Translations under genes and position numbers: made by a program
The notes under the pieces: generated by a model
Told to the model about the DNA's origin: nothing
The model's input: only the letters and a program-made list of their open reading frames with translations
Database searches by the model: none
Assembly: GCF_963853765.1 (NCBI RefSeq)
Contig: NC_088855.1
Coordinates: 51,026,001-51,090,000 of the forward strand
Reading direction: 5' to 3'
From: Magallana gigas
Lineage: Eukaryota
DNA: 64,000 nucleotides
Shown: piece by piece, positions 39,149 through 51,988 of the stretch
How the letters are laid out: each line of letters begins with the position of its first letter
Position numbering within the stretch: the first letter of the stretch is position 1

Positions 39149-39188
39149 ACAGAACATTCATATAAAAACAGAACATTCATATAAAAAC
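39149..39188. repeat. 19-bp tandem duplication
   Basis: ACAGAACATTCATATAAAA twice. Confidence 0.9.
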
Positions 39189-39485
39189 GATCGCCTTATC
39201 TATGAAATACGACCGTGTTCTGCACTGATCTCTTAAATAGCAAGACTGTGCCACAAGTACTCAGCCGCTGACTTATGTTTAACGACAAATATGCTATATG
39301 CTATGTTGTTGACCCTGTGGACATTTACAACGTATACAATCAATTACAAGGCATGTTTTGAAGAGAATAGTTTAATAAAATGAACCGACGACATCCCTTC
39401 ACGTATTTCACATGATACTCAGTTTCACATTTACATGAAATACACTCAACGGTTTAATGATCTTTTTTATACTTAATTTTTTTAA

Positions 39486-39998
39486 AGGGACTTGGACACG
39501 ATTTGACTTAAAATTTTCAAATTTTATTTTTCCATTTTCAATGTTTATACTGATAAATATAGAAGTTAATAATGCTATATCAAAATTTGAAAGTCAAATA
39601 TCAAGTTATAAGCAAGGTACAGAGTTCTTAATTCTGTGTATTGTAAACAAAGCTCGAATATTGTCATTTTTTACATTATGTGTTGTATTGGTGTAAGTTT
39701 CAATCAAATGTATCTTTCATTTGTTGATAATTGTATTTACCAAGATATTGAATTAGTTTAAATTGTTTTTTACATGTCATTTTGTCTAAGAAATGGTAAT
39801 TACATTACATGTTTTGTAAACAACTGTAAGACTCGAGCTTTGTTTACATAACAATCAATTCTTACCTCTGTATCTTGCTTGTAACTTGACTTTAACATTC
39901 AGTATTTTGGCCAATCATTTAAAATGCACCAGTAAACCATTTTATACATAAAAAATAAAAATAATTTTTTTTTTATCTCAAATCGGGTCAAAGTCCAT
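39486..39998. mobile_element. TTAA-flanked foldback MITE (Kolobok-like), copy 2
   Basis: TTAA at 39482-85 and 39999-40002. Starts AGGGACTTGGACACGATTTGA. 39828-39930 aligns with 770-870. Confidence 0.8.
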
Positions 39999-40103
39999 TT
40001 AAGTATAATTACTACAACTGTTTTTAGATTGCATTGAAACGTTTTCTCGGCATATTCATAAGTTTAAAATATTTATATAAGTTCTATGCATGGATTGAGT
40101 TAG

Positions 40104-40221
40104 CATGCGCAGATCTAGAGGATTGGGAGTCACCCCCTCTCTCTCCCCCTACCCCGGGAAAGTTCAAACAAATTAAGTTCACATTATAAAATTACCAAAT
40201 ATTTTTCTAGATCTGCGCATG
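40104..40221. mobile_element. 118-bp MITE with perfect 16-bp TIR
   Basis: CATGCGCAGATCTAGA (40104-40119) / TCTAGATCTGCGCATG (40206-40221). No TSD recognised. Confidence 0.75.
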
Positions 40222-40478
40222 AAGAAGTAATAATACTTATAGAAATACAATATCTAATAACTTTTTATACACTCTTTTAAAGATTGGGGTAGAGTTAAAA
40301 TAAAACTTGTCTGTAAGACGTTTAATAGACAGCTGGAAGGTTAAAAGATTGAACAATGTACGGACGAGATTCAAGGTCATTATCGCTCAAATTTTTCGAA
40401 GAGGTTAAGAAGTCGTACAATCGAAAGATATCATCCGACTCTACGAACTAGTACACGTAACACACAGTAAATAAGAAA

Positions 40479-40779
40479 TAGGATGGACATGTATTGATGA
40501 GTACAGATATATGTTTTAATAAATAATATGGTAGTAATTTTAATAAAAATAGAGTAGGATGGAAATGTATTGATGAGTACAGATATATGTTTTAATAAAT
40601 AATATGGTAGTAATTTTAATAAAAATAGAGTAGGATGGAAATGTATTGATGAGTACAGATATATGTTTTAATAAATAATATGGTAGTAATTTTAATAAAA
40701 ATAGAGTAGGATGGAAATGTATTGATGAGTACAGATATATGTTTTAATGAATAATATGGTAGTAATTTTAATAAAAATA
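40479..40779. repeat. 76-bp tandem repeat, 4 near-identical units
   Basis: TAGGATGGA starts at 40479, 40555, 40631 and 40707. Confidence 0.95.
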
Positions 40780-41695
40780 CTCTATTATTGTGTATTGTTA
40801 TTTTGACTCCCTTGTCAGTTGTGAGGATTGATTTCTGAAATGTTCAAAATTCAGTTGACTATGTTCGTTGCCGTAGCAGCTAGTGCGAGACATTGATGAT
40901 TTTTAAGCAAAGAGTATTATGAATCAATGTCCAATTTTACTATGGGCTCGTGTTGTTAAGATAGGAAATCAAATTAGAAATAAGAAAATTTACGACCCAA
41001 CTGCAGAATCCTGTCATCTTTACCACATCATGTAATTTTGTGTCTAAATGCTTATCTTGAAAGTAATAGTACACAACAAACTGTCTTAGTTAGCTATAGC
41101 TCTATTTTTTCTAGCTTCCGTGAAGCTTAAAGCTGCTTGATGCGACTTTTTTATATTACAGTATCAAATAATTTTCCATACAAACGATATTATCTTCAAA
41201 AGTTATGGACTTTCGAAAATAAAAATATTCAGAGTAACTACACATGATTTTATATGGGAACACAAAAAAATCAACTACATCCTGAGCGTGTTAAGACAAG
41301 GGAACCGTTTAGTTTCGTACTTATATTGATTATATTTAACCCTCATAGTACATGTATGTATCGATTGTAAACACAGCAAACGTAGGACAGATTAGTGAAA
41401 AAAAGTGTACACAGGTTTTTTCTTGATTTGCCAAAACATTTTTGAAGTATAACTTCCTTTATTAATAGCGAATGTCAAAGTCGTAATACAAGCATGTCTG
41501 CCTCAGCATCGGGGGCGATTCTTTATAAGGGGCAACAAACGCGGTACCCTTATATGTTAAGCATGTTTTGTAAACAAAATTTTGTATTATTTTCCCATTG
41601 AAAAATGGCGTAAAAGACTTTAAATAAAACGTTTGATGCCTATTACTATACACATATTAAACGAAACCATCGCTAAAAAGCGTAAATGAAATTTG

Positions 41696-42300
41696 TTATT
41701 ATATGATTGATTAATTCCTAGCTCTCTGATTGGCTCATATCCAACTATCTCGAAAAAACAGAACGTTTAACGCCGTTTGACGTCCGTTACAGCGTTATCC
41801 GGCAAGGTGTGTCTGGTGCATTGTCCAACGATCTAATGTTATGAAATCATGCGCACGGCCTATGCCGATTGTGTTTGTATAGTTGCTTAGCAACCGACAG
41901 ATATCACATGATCAACAAAGGGTACATCAGCGAGCGCATCGAAGTCGCAACGTTCATTCCCCTAGCAGCGTTCCAGAAGAAGAGAAATTGTGAGACAAGG
42001 TACGACTTGGTATGTGGATTATCTTGAAAGGGAGGCTTACCACATTATGATAACTTAGACGAGTCGTGTTTGAAGGTTGACCACCAGTGTTGGATATCAT
42101 AGAAGCTGTTCTTTAAGATTTGTCGTCGCTGATACTCTTAGTATTAGGGAAGGGTGTGCCTTTAGTAAGAGGTACACACTGTCCGTTCCGCACAAGGCCT
42201 AAAGTCAGTTACTGCCTCTGCTAAGCCTTTAAGGGTTAACCTCTTGTGCAGGCTAGTGCGTACCGCGGGGGATCGCTACCGTCTGAATAAGATATAACCA
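41696..42300 (+). promoter_or_regulatory. promoter-like, GC-richer island with CCAAT, RFX X-box and E-box, followed by a multi-hairpin segment (promoter/first exon, TE terminal repeat or ncRNA)
   Basis: ATTGG 41729-33, GTTGCTTAGCAAC 41882-94, TCACATGA 41904-11, donor-like AAG|GTACGA at 42000, and four predicted stems in 42002-42249. Confidence 0.35.
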
Positions 42301-45300
42301 ATGTTTACTTTGTGGTACTATATAATTGCCCATACAGGTCGAGCATATAAATTTTGTGATGAAACATCAAGTAGGGGATGCCATTTTGTATTGCAGTATT
42401 TGCAGGTCAATTATAATCACCATCATTTTAGAGAGGAAAATTATTATTGTTTTATATATTGATATTCAACCCCCAGACCCTAGAAACGACTAGGTAACGG
42501 ACTCCTCGACATGATACAATTATATTTGATTTTTCATTTACAGCGGAATGCGTCATACTTTTGACGAGTCCGACTTAATGTTGTATGAAGAAAATAACAA
42601 TAAGCACTGACATTGTAAAGACTAGCACATGTGATCACAAGCGCTAGATTTAATATATTAGTAGATGACGTCGAATAAAGTTTTTATTTCAAGTTTTGTT
42701 TTCTTGGATTGAACACAAGAAGTAATCAAAGTGCTTGAAGAAGTGAGAGAACAGAAGATTAATAAGTACTATATTAAAAATCTTGCCCAAATTTACATTT
42801 CTTAGTGTTGTTTGCAATGTCTTTTAAATATACGCTATAAATTTGGGTTTTACTTTGGTGTATTACAAATACATTGTGCTGATAAAACAAGCATCAACAA
42901 AACTCTCAAACATTGATTGAAAAACCCTCCCTTCTTCGTGTGCGGCTTTTACTGTAGTGTTCAAGTCATACTTGTTATTACACGATTAATGGCATCACAA
43001 CTGCATCAAATTAATAGGTATTAAACACCATGCTGGATAATTACACCACTGCTAAGGTGGCAGTCTCGCAAAAATTCAAATATGTAACAGGGTAGTCCAA
43101 TATATAATGACCACATTTTTTAAAGTTTCTTAATGTACATGTATACAATATTCTTATAAAAATGTCTACAAAATGTTAAATTATATCCTTTTGGATTATT
43201 CCTAAAGAAAAGATTCCGAAAATATACTCATTTCTAAAGGTAGACGGGATATCTTACCTGTCAATTAAAGCAAAGGTAAAAGTTTCACATGAGTACTTTA
43301 TGCACTCCCTTGACAATTGGCAATCATATTATATACAAATATAGATTTTAAGAAACTAAACCTCAAACGATTGGCACTGGTATAATTTTCTGGCACAATT
43401 TTATTGACTTCATTGCTGAATGTATAATTGTGTCAAAGATTGTACTTTTATTTATTTTCTTTTAAGTAAATTTAAGCGCGGTTTTAAACAAGATATTTTC
43501 TCATGGTTTGAATATGATTATTGTTTAGGAAACGCTTTTTTATGGTTCAACTGTTGGTTGATCTTATTTGCTTACTTATTTTATGGTTGTAAAAGCGTCA
43601 AATGTCTTCTGCTTTCAGACAATTCTAATTCAATTTCCTCACCTGACATCTCTTTATGGTTAATATCACTTTCAGGCATTATTTCCATGTAGTTTAAAGT
43701 AGATTAATTGGCTACGTGATTTACTTAAGGATGTACTTAGATGTCATGGTTTAAGCTATTATTCATATATAAGTTAACATATACTACTTAAGTTTTCTTT
43801 TATATACTGTTGAATTTCTTATGTACTTTGCTCGGAATCGGACAGCCGTCCCGATATCACCGATCTGTTGCAGTATCAACATTTCTTTCGGGTCCATAAT
43901 AAATATTGAAACGCTGATTGGACATTACTCGGTTAATTTTACCATTTAGAGGGCCACCACCCGAGTGTTTATCGGGATAAAGGACAGTCGAGTGTTGAAC
44001 TTCTTTAGACTGGACATTACGAACAAATCTTTACAAAAATTCCGGAATGGATAATAAAGTACTAGTAATCGAATTGCAGATTTTATTTAAGACATTAATA
44101 CGTCAAAAGAACAGTTTAGCTACAAAAAGTAATCTTTGTATGCAAGATGACGATGGAACCAACAGAGACGCTCTATAGTTATACAACTGGATCTGCGCGT
44201 GCAATCTGACGGAACATCTGTTCGATGTTCAACAAAATAACCTGAATAGCTAAATCTTAGTGCTCTCTTGATCTCCAGTGACTTTGTTTTATATCCTATC
44301 CACAACTTTTATTCAGCCATCGTCCACAATATAACATAATATAAACGTACGGTTTGATTCAAACGACCCCTATAGGATGCATTAGAATATGAATCTTTTT
44401 GAAGAATGTAATTGTGTTTACGGTGGGTTTTATCTGTATATTCAATAATGCACGCAACATGTGAAATGAAAGTACAACAATTAAAATTGTGCTTGTAACT
44501 TTTATCAATGATGATAATGGGTTATGTTTTGCCGATCTGCCAGCGATAAAAACGGTATAATTAATATTTATTTGAGCCATTATATAAACAAATTACAAAG
44601 AATTCTGCCCTCTCTTTGATTTTTGTAACTAGATATCAAAAAGTCAAGTTCCAATCATAAATGCAATAAAGTTGACAAACATGCTGTGATTGTTCTAACT
44701 TCAGGCAGACAATACGACTCTTTCCAAGTGAAAAACAAGAATTGTGTAAATGAAATCGAGTTTCATTCATTGCGTGATCTCGCGGTTAACGTTAATTTTA
44801 CATTAAAGAGTAGACATAACTCAACCCTCGTCTGCAATATCCGGTTCTTTAAAAACCAGAACACACGAATAAATTCCGTTGAATATCGGACAGATTTTTT
44901 GTAGTTGTTTATGTTTTTTGTTTAATAGCAATGTATTGACAAACCAATTTGCCTCCAATCGCACGGGAGAAGTAATTGAAGTATTAGTTTGCTTCGAATT
45001 AATGTTATTGGTTCTATCCATTAGATTAAACAGATTATTACTTTTACACTCCAAATGGGAAATTATTTAAAGTGACTGTAGTCATAATATTTAAGTGTAT
45101 TTTCAAAAGTATTTAGTCCTGGTTCTATTTAGATATTTGGACCTCCTTTAGTTGTGCCCCCAAAGATTTGAAATGCTGCATTACAAATCGACACAAAAGC
45201 TATACATTTCTTTGCTTTCAGAAATACAATTTTGCAACTTTCAAGAATCTTCATCCAGTATATACTATTCTGAAACGTTAACTTCCCCTGGTTAACCAAT

Positions 45301-48300
45301 AGAATTCAGTAAAATATGTTAAAATAGCAAATTAACCTCTGATTGTAATTTTGAGTTTGCAAATTCATTGACGTGAAATTTAATAATTTCGTATTAAAAT
45401 CAACCATATATTAAGCTTAAATACCAATATTGCTAACATCATTTTATCTAGTAAATCATAGACGGTATATAAGGTCCGAATGATGATTTTAAGCATTTAA
45501 AACGTAAGCCCAAGATTCAGAGTTCTTAAACCGAGACACATGCCCCAGGGCCATAAAACTTAAATGAACCCACTTTCGATCTGTCATTTCTAAAAGGAAA
45601 AGTAAGACTGAGATCAACTATGAATTCGTTTAAGTTTTAAGGCCCTAGGGCTATTTCTTTTTAAGAACAGGGGACCATTTCACAAAACTATCTCATGACT
45701 AAGATCTGTCTTACGACCAAATTTCATCATAGCTGTTTCACAAAACTGTCAAACCTTATGATTATCTTAAGATCTGTCTTAATCTTATGACAACAAGATA
45801 CGCTTAAGTCTAATCTTAACATGGCGGCATATATTTTGGTCAAACACAAAAGATCGAGTATAAGTCGAGTGCTTGTGACTTTGCCCATGTTTTAATTTCC
45901 ATGCAGTCGTTGGAGCGAAGTTATAACTATGCTGTCCAATACAAGGATTCAAAACAACAATCAACAAAGGGGTCATAACCTGCCACGTGGTGTAGCAAAA
46001 AATGTGACTGTGCAAAAATATCAAAAAATGACCGTATGACAATCTGTTCAAAGAACTCTTACCTTATCGAAACACTAATAAACCTGGTAGTACGATTGAG
46101 CTAAAGTCTTTGTATGGTGATAGAAGCAGTCATTGGGAGAAGGAGTGTGTCAGAATTCCATGCCAGGGTTAAAATGAGACAATCTCTGCAACGGGGATTA
46201 TCATTCATCACAAAGCGTAAAATAAGGGAAATCCATTCCTATTAGAATATTTATCATAGTAGTCAATATGGTATGTGTCGATGAATTATAACATTCTTGT
46301 ACAATCAATTGCCTGCTAATGGAATGCGGGCTTATACATCGATATGAAAGAGGAATAGAAGGTTTCTAAACAATAATTAATGGATCGAGACTTTCTCAAC
46401 GTTAGAGCTCTTGGGCAGTTTTATGACATCTTAGTAATTCCACTTTTGACGTACTGGACTAAGAAACCAGCAGTGTTTTACTTTAGTGATGTGTTGTATT
46501 TGTGAGATTACTCCCATTCTGCAATAGTCCGTCTATTAATGGACTGCATGACATGGCGACTTAATAAATCAAAACAGCGATTGTTGTAAAGCCCAGCCAA
46601 ATTTTTATGACCACAAGTCATTTTTTTTTTATTTCAAAGAAGAATGCTATGTACTTGCATAGATATATTCAACTTCTCCTTCGTATTGCAAACATTTGGT
46701 TAAGCGTATGCATATCAAATATTATTCACGCCTTCTGGTATTCAGTGTTTCCATCCATACGAGTTGAGAACTGTCCGTATAAAATGATTGATTCGACCTT
46801 ACTTTTTTCGATTTCAAAAGGAAAATTCCTATAAGCTTCCTGACATATAAACCAGTCTCAACAGAAATTTCTCGGGTATATAAATCGTAATGAAGTCCGC
46901 TTTCAATTATGAAAATGGCACCATTCCTAACAGGAATATCTGATTTCAGATTAAGTTACTGTATTAACAAATGATAGGTGAGCATATGTTATCATTTAGT
47001 AGTTTAACATCCCTATCTGTACATTAATGTTCAAAAAGGTCAACATTTTGAAAACTTATCAAAAACGAAGAACAAAATAAAAGCTTATCGAAAACTTTGA
47101 AAAAGATGTTTTTAATTAGCTGACGATCAGCTATCGACGGTTCCACTTGACGTAAAGATAATATACAGGCTCAAGAAAAAGCCATCTTAATTAATGATCA
47201 AAAGCGCATCGTGAAATTTGGAACAAGTTCTCTCTATATAATTATTAAACAGCCTTACAGCCAAAGCAACGCGTGAAGCACTTTCCTCTCATAGAGTCAA
47301 TACAGATTCATGTTGTAGACTCGATCTCCCTGCTCTCAAGAAGCGTTTGTTTGTCGCCACTTTACATCAAGAAGGGAACACATATCGTCGATTATTAACG
47401 TGTACATCAAAAACATTTTTGGAAGATCTTGATAGATATGAACCCTCTATAGAGTTTTGACCGATTTTAGCTTGTGTATCTCTGTTACTCATAATTACTT
47501 TATTAACTTGCATTCTAGATTGAAGAGATTTAGATTTGTACAACTTTTTTATTGTACAAGTTTGCTCAACTCGGCGGGCAGTTTTTTTACGGTCTTTCAG
47601 AGTGATTTGAACTTAATTAAACTTTGAATTAAGGAAATCAATTCTTTAAGTATTCCTTTATATCAAGTGAACAAATACATACTGAACTTCAAATATTATT
47701 CAATTTGATGCTTTCATAAAACAATGCGCTCAACCAGATACTTAATATTTTTAAAAGTTAAAGGTTAGGTTTTGTGAAATAAAATTCTTAAAAGATATTT
47801 GTAAAATAAAATACAGGTTTTTCAAAATGCACTGTAAGGAATGTCTTTATCTCTTAAAGATTATCATTTTCATGGGATATTAATTCTAAAGAGTACACAC
47901 TGCACGTTTGATCTGTAACACACAATAAACATAGCAGAAATGTGTTTATAAAAAATTGATGTAAAAATAACACCAGTGCCGGTGTGTAACATACTTGTCA
48001 AATAACGTTTGAAATAATTCTATCAGGTACTTATTTTAACATACTACTTAATACATAATACACAACTGCAGTTAGTGCATTGACTGTTTTACAATAACTT
48101 ATGTGTTTGTTGGTTTTAACATATTTTATTGTTAAATGGTATATACAATGATCTAGCACAATTTCTATAGACTTAAAACACCCACTTCTGTATATGCTTG
48201 TTAACATACGCATTACACATTAATTCATTACAGTTTAATTATTAGTAAACTGCACTTGCCTTTCCAATTGTGTTAGTTAAACCATTACATATTTAGGGTA

Positions 48301-49676
48301 AGTTGTAACACATACCTGCAAGAGTTACCGGTACCACCGGATATCAGAGACAGAAAATGCACCTCCTCTCCTTCCTATTACAAGCTGGAAGTGACTAAAT
48401 ACTGACTGTGCCTGCTGCTTTCTATCGTAATATATGATGCTGGAATCAATTAATGCAGGCATCACGATTCTCACACGATACGTGAGGATTTATATTAATT
48501 AAATTTAGAATTTTGGATATAATATTAATAAACACATATAAGTCGCTGTATGTTTTGTATACATACATGTATCTGGTATTTAATTATAGGTTTATATGAT
48601 GTTCATGAAAGAAATTAAATCGTGGTCCTCAAACACTTGAGATAAGGTGTATAATATTACTTATAGAAATGAAAGGTGTGTAATATCACTTTAAAAGTGA
48701 AATTGCTGCCTGACAGTACGATTAGTAATACAGTTAATGAAGATATAAATATAATTCCATATAAACAGTGTTTTTAATGCCAGCAGTAACTTTGATCTTT
48801 AAAAAATAAGTAATATTTTTATTCAAAATATTTTTTTTGCGCATTTCGTTGTTGAATCGATCTACACACCTAAATGCTGTTCGTGGACCTAACTAAATCC
48901 AGCAAAAAAAAACCCGATGCCCATAAGCATTATTTAATGGGGATCAGGATGATGCAGTGAAACATTTGACTATTATAGTAATCAACGATTTTTGCTTATA
49001 ATATCAAGATGTATTCTAATACATATACATTTTCATGGCCACTTTTGTGCCTCGCAAGGGGGGTATTTTGATATTGTTACTTTTTATATGTTTTTCAGTT
49101 TTTTTAACTGAAAAAATTAATTTCATAGAATTTTTTTGCAAATTTTATTCAATAGTTATCAAAATAGAATTATATTAAGAAATAAATATCGGCCAAGCTC
49201 TTAAATTTTCTTTCTTTTTTTTTAAAACTTTATGTTAACATGTGCTTAATAACAAATAATACATTTTATAACATTCAACATTATTTTGGCATTCAACGAA
49301 GATACTACAATAGGAATCGCCCCTTATCACTGGAATTATGACTTTTTGTGTCAGTTTCTAAAATGAAACATTAAAAGGTGACGTTCTTTGGATTTTTTTT
49401 TTATTTATTAACGTTAGCAAAAATATAATGAGCACAAACCTACAATTTTATCAATCACTAATGCTATTGGTCGGGTGTGTGATCAAATTTATAATAGAAC
49501 CCTTCGCGTAGGGTTGTACACTTGCTATTCTAGAGGTATCGTACGCTAAATGCTAAATTTTCCAATGAATGTAAAATTATATATGACATTCCTTGGTTTG
49601 AATTATAATTTGGTCTTGAAACTCGCACTACATTTTCGACAAATGATTAAAAGAACAACTCAATTTACTAGTATAT

Positions 49677-49768
49677 AAGGGCAATTTTATTTTGTTACGC
49701 ACCTTGACTGCACAAAAATGCAAAGGGCAATTTTATTTTGTTACGCACCTCGACTGCACAAAAATGCA
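49677..49768. repeat. 46-bp tandem duplication (one mismatch)
   Basis: Copies at 49677 and 49723; CCTTGAC vs CCTCGAC. Confidence 0.95.
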
Positions 49769-50177
49769 CAAACTAAGACTATTTTGCTTGAAACAGACTA
49801 TGAAACTACCACAAAGGTCAGTTTACGACATGACAATGCACTATTTTATTATGCAATAATATTGTAAACAATGTTGATTTCTAATTCGTTTAAATCTGCT
49901 CGATAATCATAAGACATCTAAAACCTACAACAAAATATTCATAGCTTATTAAACTTATCTCGATTGTCCCATTTGTTTTCGTTTTGTTTGTTTTGTGGTT
50001 TTGGTTTTTTTTGCTTCGTAAGTGCTTAACCTCTAATCCAAGAATATTGTACGAACTTGCACAACGATTTACATCGCCGCCATTTTGGACCGTCAATTTG
50101 TCTAGCACCCGGCGTTTAAACTTCTTGCACTTTTTTCGTCTCTCGGATTGATCTTCAGCATCTTAGCCCACAGTTAA

Positions 50178-51988
50178 TTAAGGTCCTCCGTTTCCAACGG
50201 AAGACCTTATAGTGATTGTAATGTTTCTTATTAAGGTCTTCCGTTACAACGGAAGACCTTATAGTGATTGTAATTTTTTTATTAAGGTCTTCCGTTACAA
50301 CAGAAGACCTTATAGTGATTGTAATGTTTTTAAGGTCTTCCGTTACAACGGAAGACCTTATAGTGAATGTAATGTTTTTCATTATTATTAATATTTTTTT
50401 TCCCCTTTTTCTATCCACAAGATTTCTCAGAGATGGCTGAATATATTTTCTTGAAATTTTCAGTTAACTTCCGGTCGTACAGAAATACTCCAAAACTGAC
50501 ATTTAGTCGTTTTGTTTTGTTTAACTTCGAAATAATTTCACAGAATTTTTTTTTACAGTTTATATTGTATCAATTTTCGTTTAAAAAGTAAATGGATTTT
50601 TTTTGTACCGACTAATACAAGAGGAACGGATAACTTCCGATCGTCACCGAATCACTTCAAAAAGTTTTGATTTTACGTATTTAATTTGTTTTCCGTAGAA
50701 TAAAGATATTAGTAAAAATCCTTACTTCTGTAATCTATGCAATGTTAAATAAACAAAAAAATTCTACTTCCGGTGAGATATCTCGATTATCTCAGGAAGC
50801 TTTTTTAAGACATATATAGTACCCGCTAGATCTCAGAAAATGTAAGTGATCAAGACACGAAACTTTCACTGATCATATACATTTGATTGAAAATGAGTTT
50901 AAACAATTCCATTTTGTCGATCGTCACTTCCGGTCCAGAAGAGTTCAAACAATTGAAGCTGTATATCCGTTTAACTGTTTTAATTCGATAGTTCTAGTTA
51001 CTTCGATAAATAATAATGTAAGATAGGCAAGTAAACAAGAAATAATAAATTCAATTTTCATTGAAAACTTCCGGTTGTCCGTTTCCTGTCCCTAGAAAAA
51101 AGACGAGATCTCAAAAACGGTAATGACTTGAACAACTAAACTTTGTGGGATGATAGACCTATGTATTTGCATGTGTTAATACTATTTTGTTTTATTCGGC
51201 GTAACCTCCGGTCGTCAAAGGAAGTACACCCAATTTTGATGTTTTTAAAATTATGTTGGTTTTTAGCATGGAAGTAACATTTTAGCTATAGAAATACAAA
51301 AGGTCATCTAAACATGGTAAAAAAAAACCCCAAAAAGTTGTTCTTCCGGTGAGACATCTCAAATAACTCAGGTAGCCTTCTTTTTTAAAAACAAACTACC
51401 CACAAGATCTCAGAAACTGTGGGAGATCAAGACGCAAAACTTGTATGGATAATGGACATTTGATTGAACATGTGCTAAACGGGTTTCATTTGGTCGTACG
51501 TCACTTCCGGTTCTTACTCGAAGCGTTCAAGAGTTAGAAGTTTTCTCTAACTCTAGATTTTTTTTAACATTTTACTCAATGTGATGAACAGTAACGTATC
51601 CTAGTTAAATGTACTAAAACAATTATGTACTTTCAATTTCTTAAATCACTTCCGTTTGCCCGGGTCCGGTCCCGAGACAAAATCCTTTTCTCAACGAGAT
51701 ATTATAACTAACAAAAACTTGAACATCCAAACCTTGAGGAAAGACAAAACAATGTATGAAGATATGTTTACTATGTTGTAAATGATCCACCGTAACATCT
51801 GGTCGTCACAGAAAGTACTAAAAAATTGACATTTTAGTCTGTTTGTTTTGCTTAACTTTAAAGAATTTCTAGGGAATTTCTTCAGAATTGTTGTATTCAT
51901 TTTCTTTTGAAAGAGAATTGGATTTTTTGTACGGATTAATACATGAGAAACGGAAGACCTTTTTGTTGCTATAGCAACAAGAGTCTAG
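50178..51988 (+). mobile_element. Helentron-type non-autonomous element (~1.8 kb) with its 5' hairpin module repeated four times
   Basis: TAAGGTCTTCCGTT-ACA-ACGGAAGACCTTA-type hairpins at 50179, 50232, 50283 and 50331. 3' subTIR AACGGAAGACCT 51949-60, palindrome TTGTTGCTATAGCAACAA 51963-80, CTAG|T 51985-89. Internal ACTTCCGG-rich diverged repeats with ~580-bp period. Confidence 0.85.

Noticed and set aside
42200-42245. Twister-like CTAAGCC and telomerase-template-like TAAGGGTTAA
   Set aside because: The twister P4/pseudoknot pairings cannot be built, and the motif is not a CTAACCCT template for TTAGGG.
45800-46560. Broken coding-looking frames (e.g. ECGLIHRY)
   Set aside because: Multiple stops in all frames; the resemblance to a kinase HRD loop is too weak.
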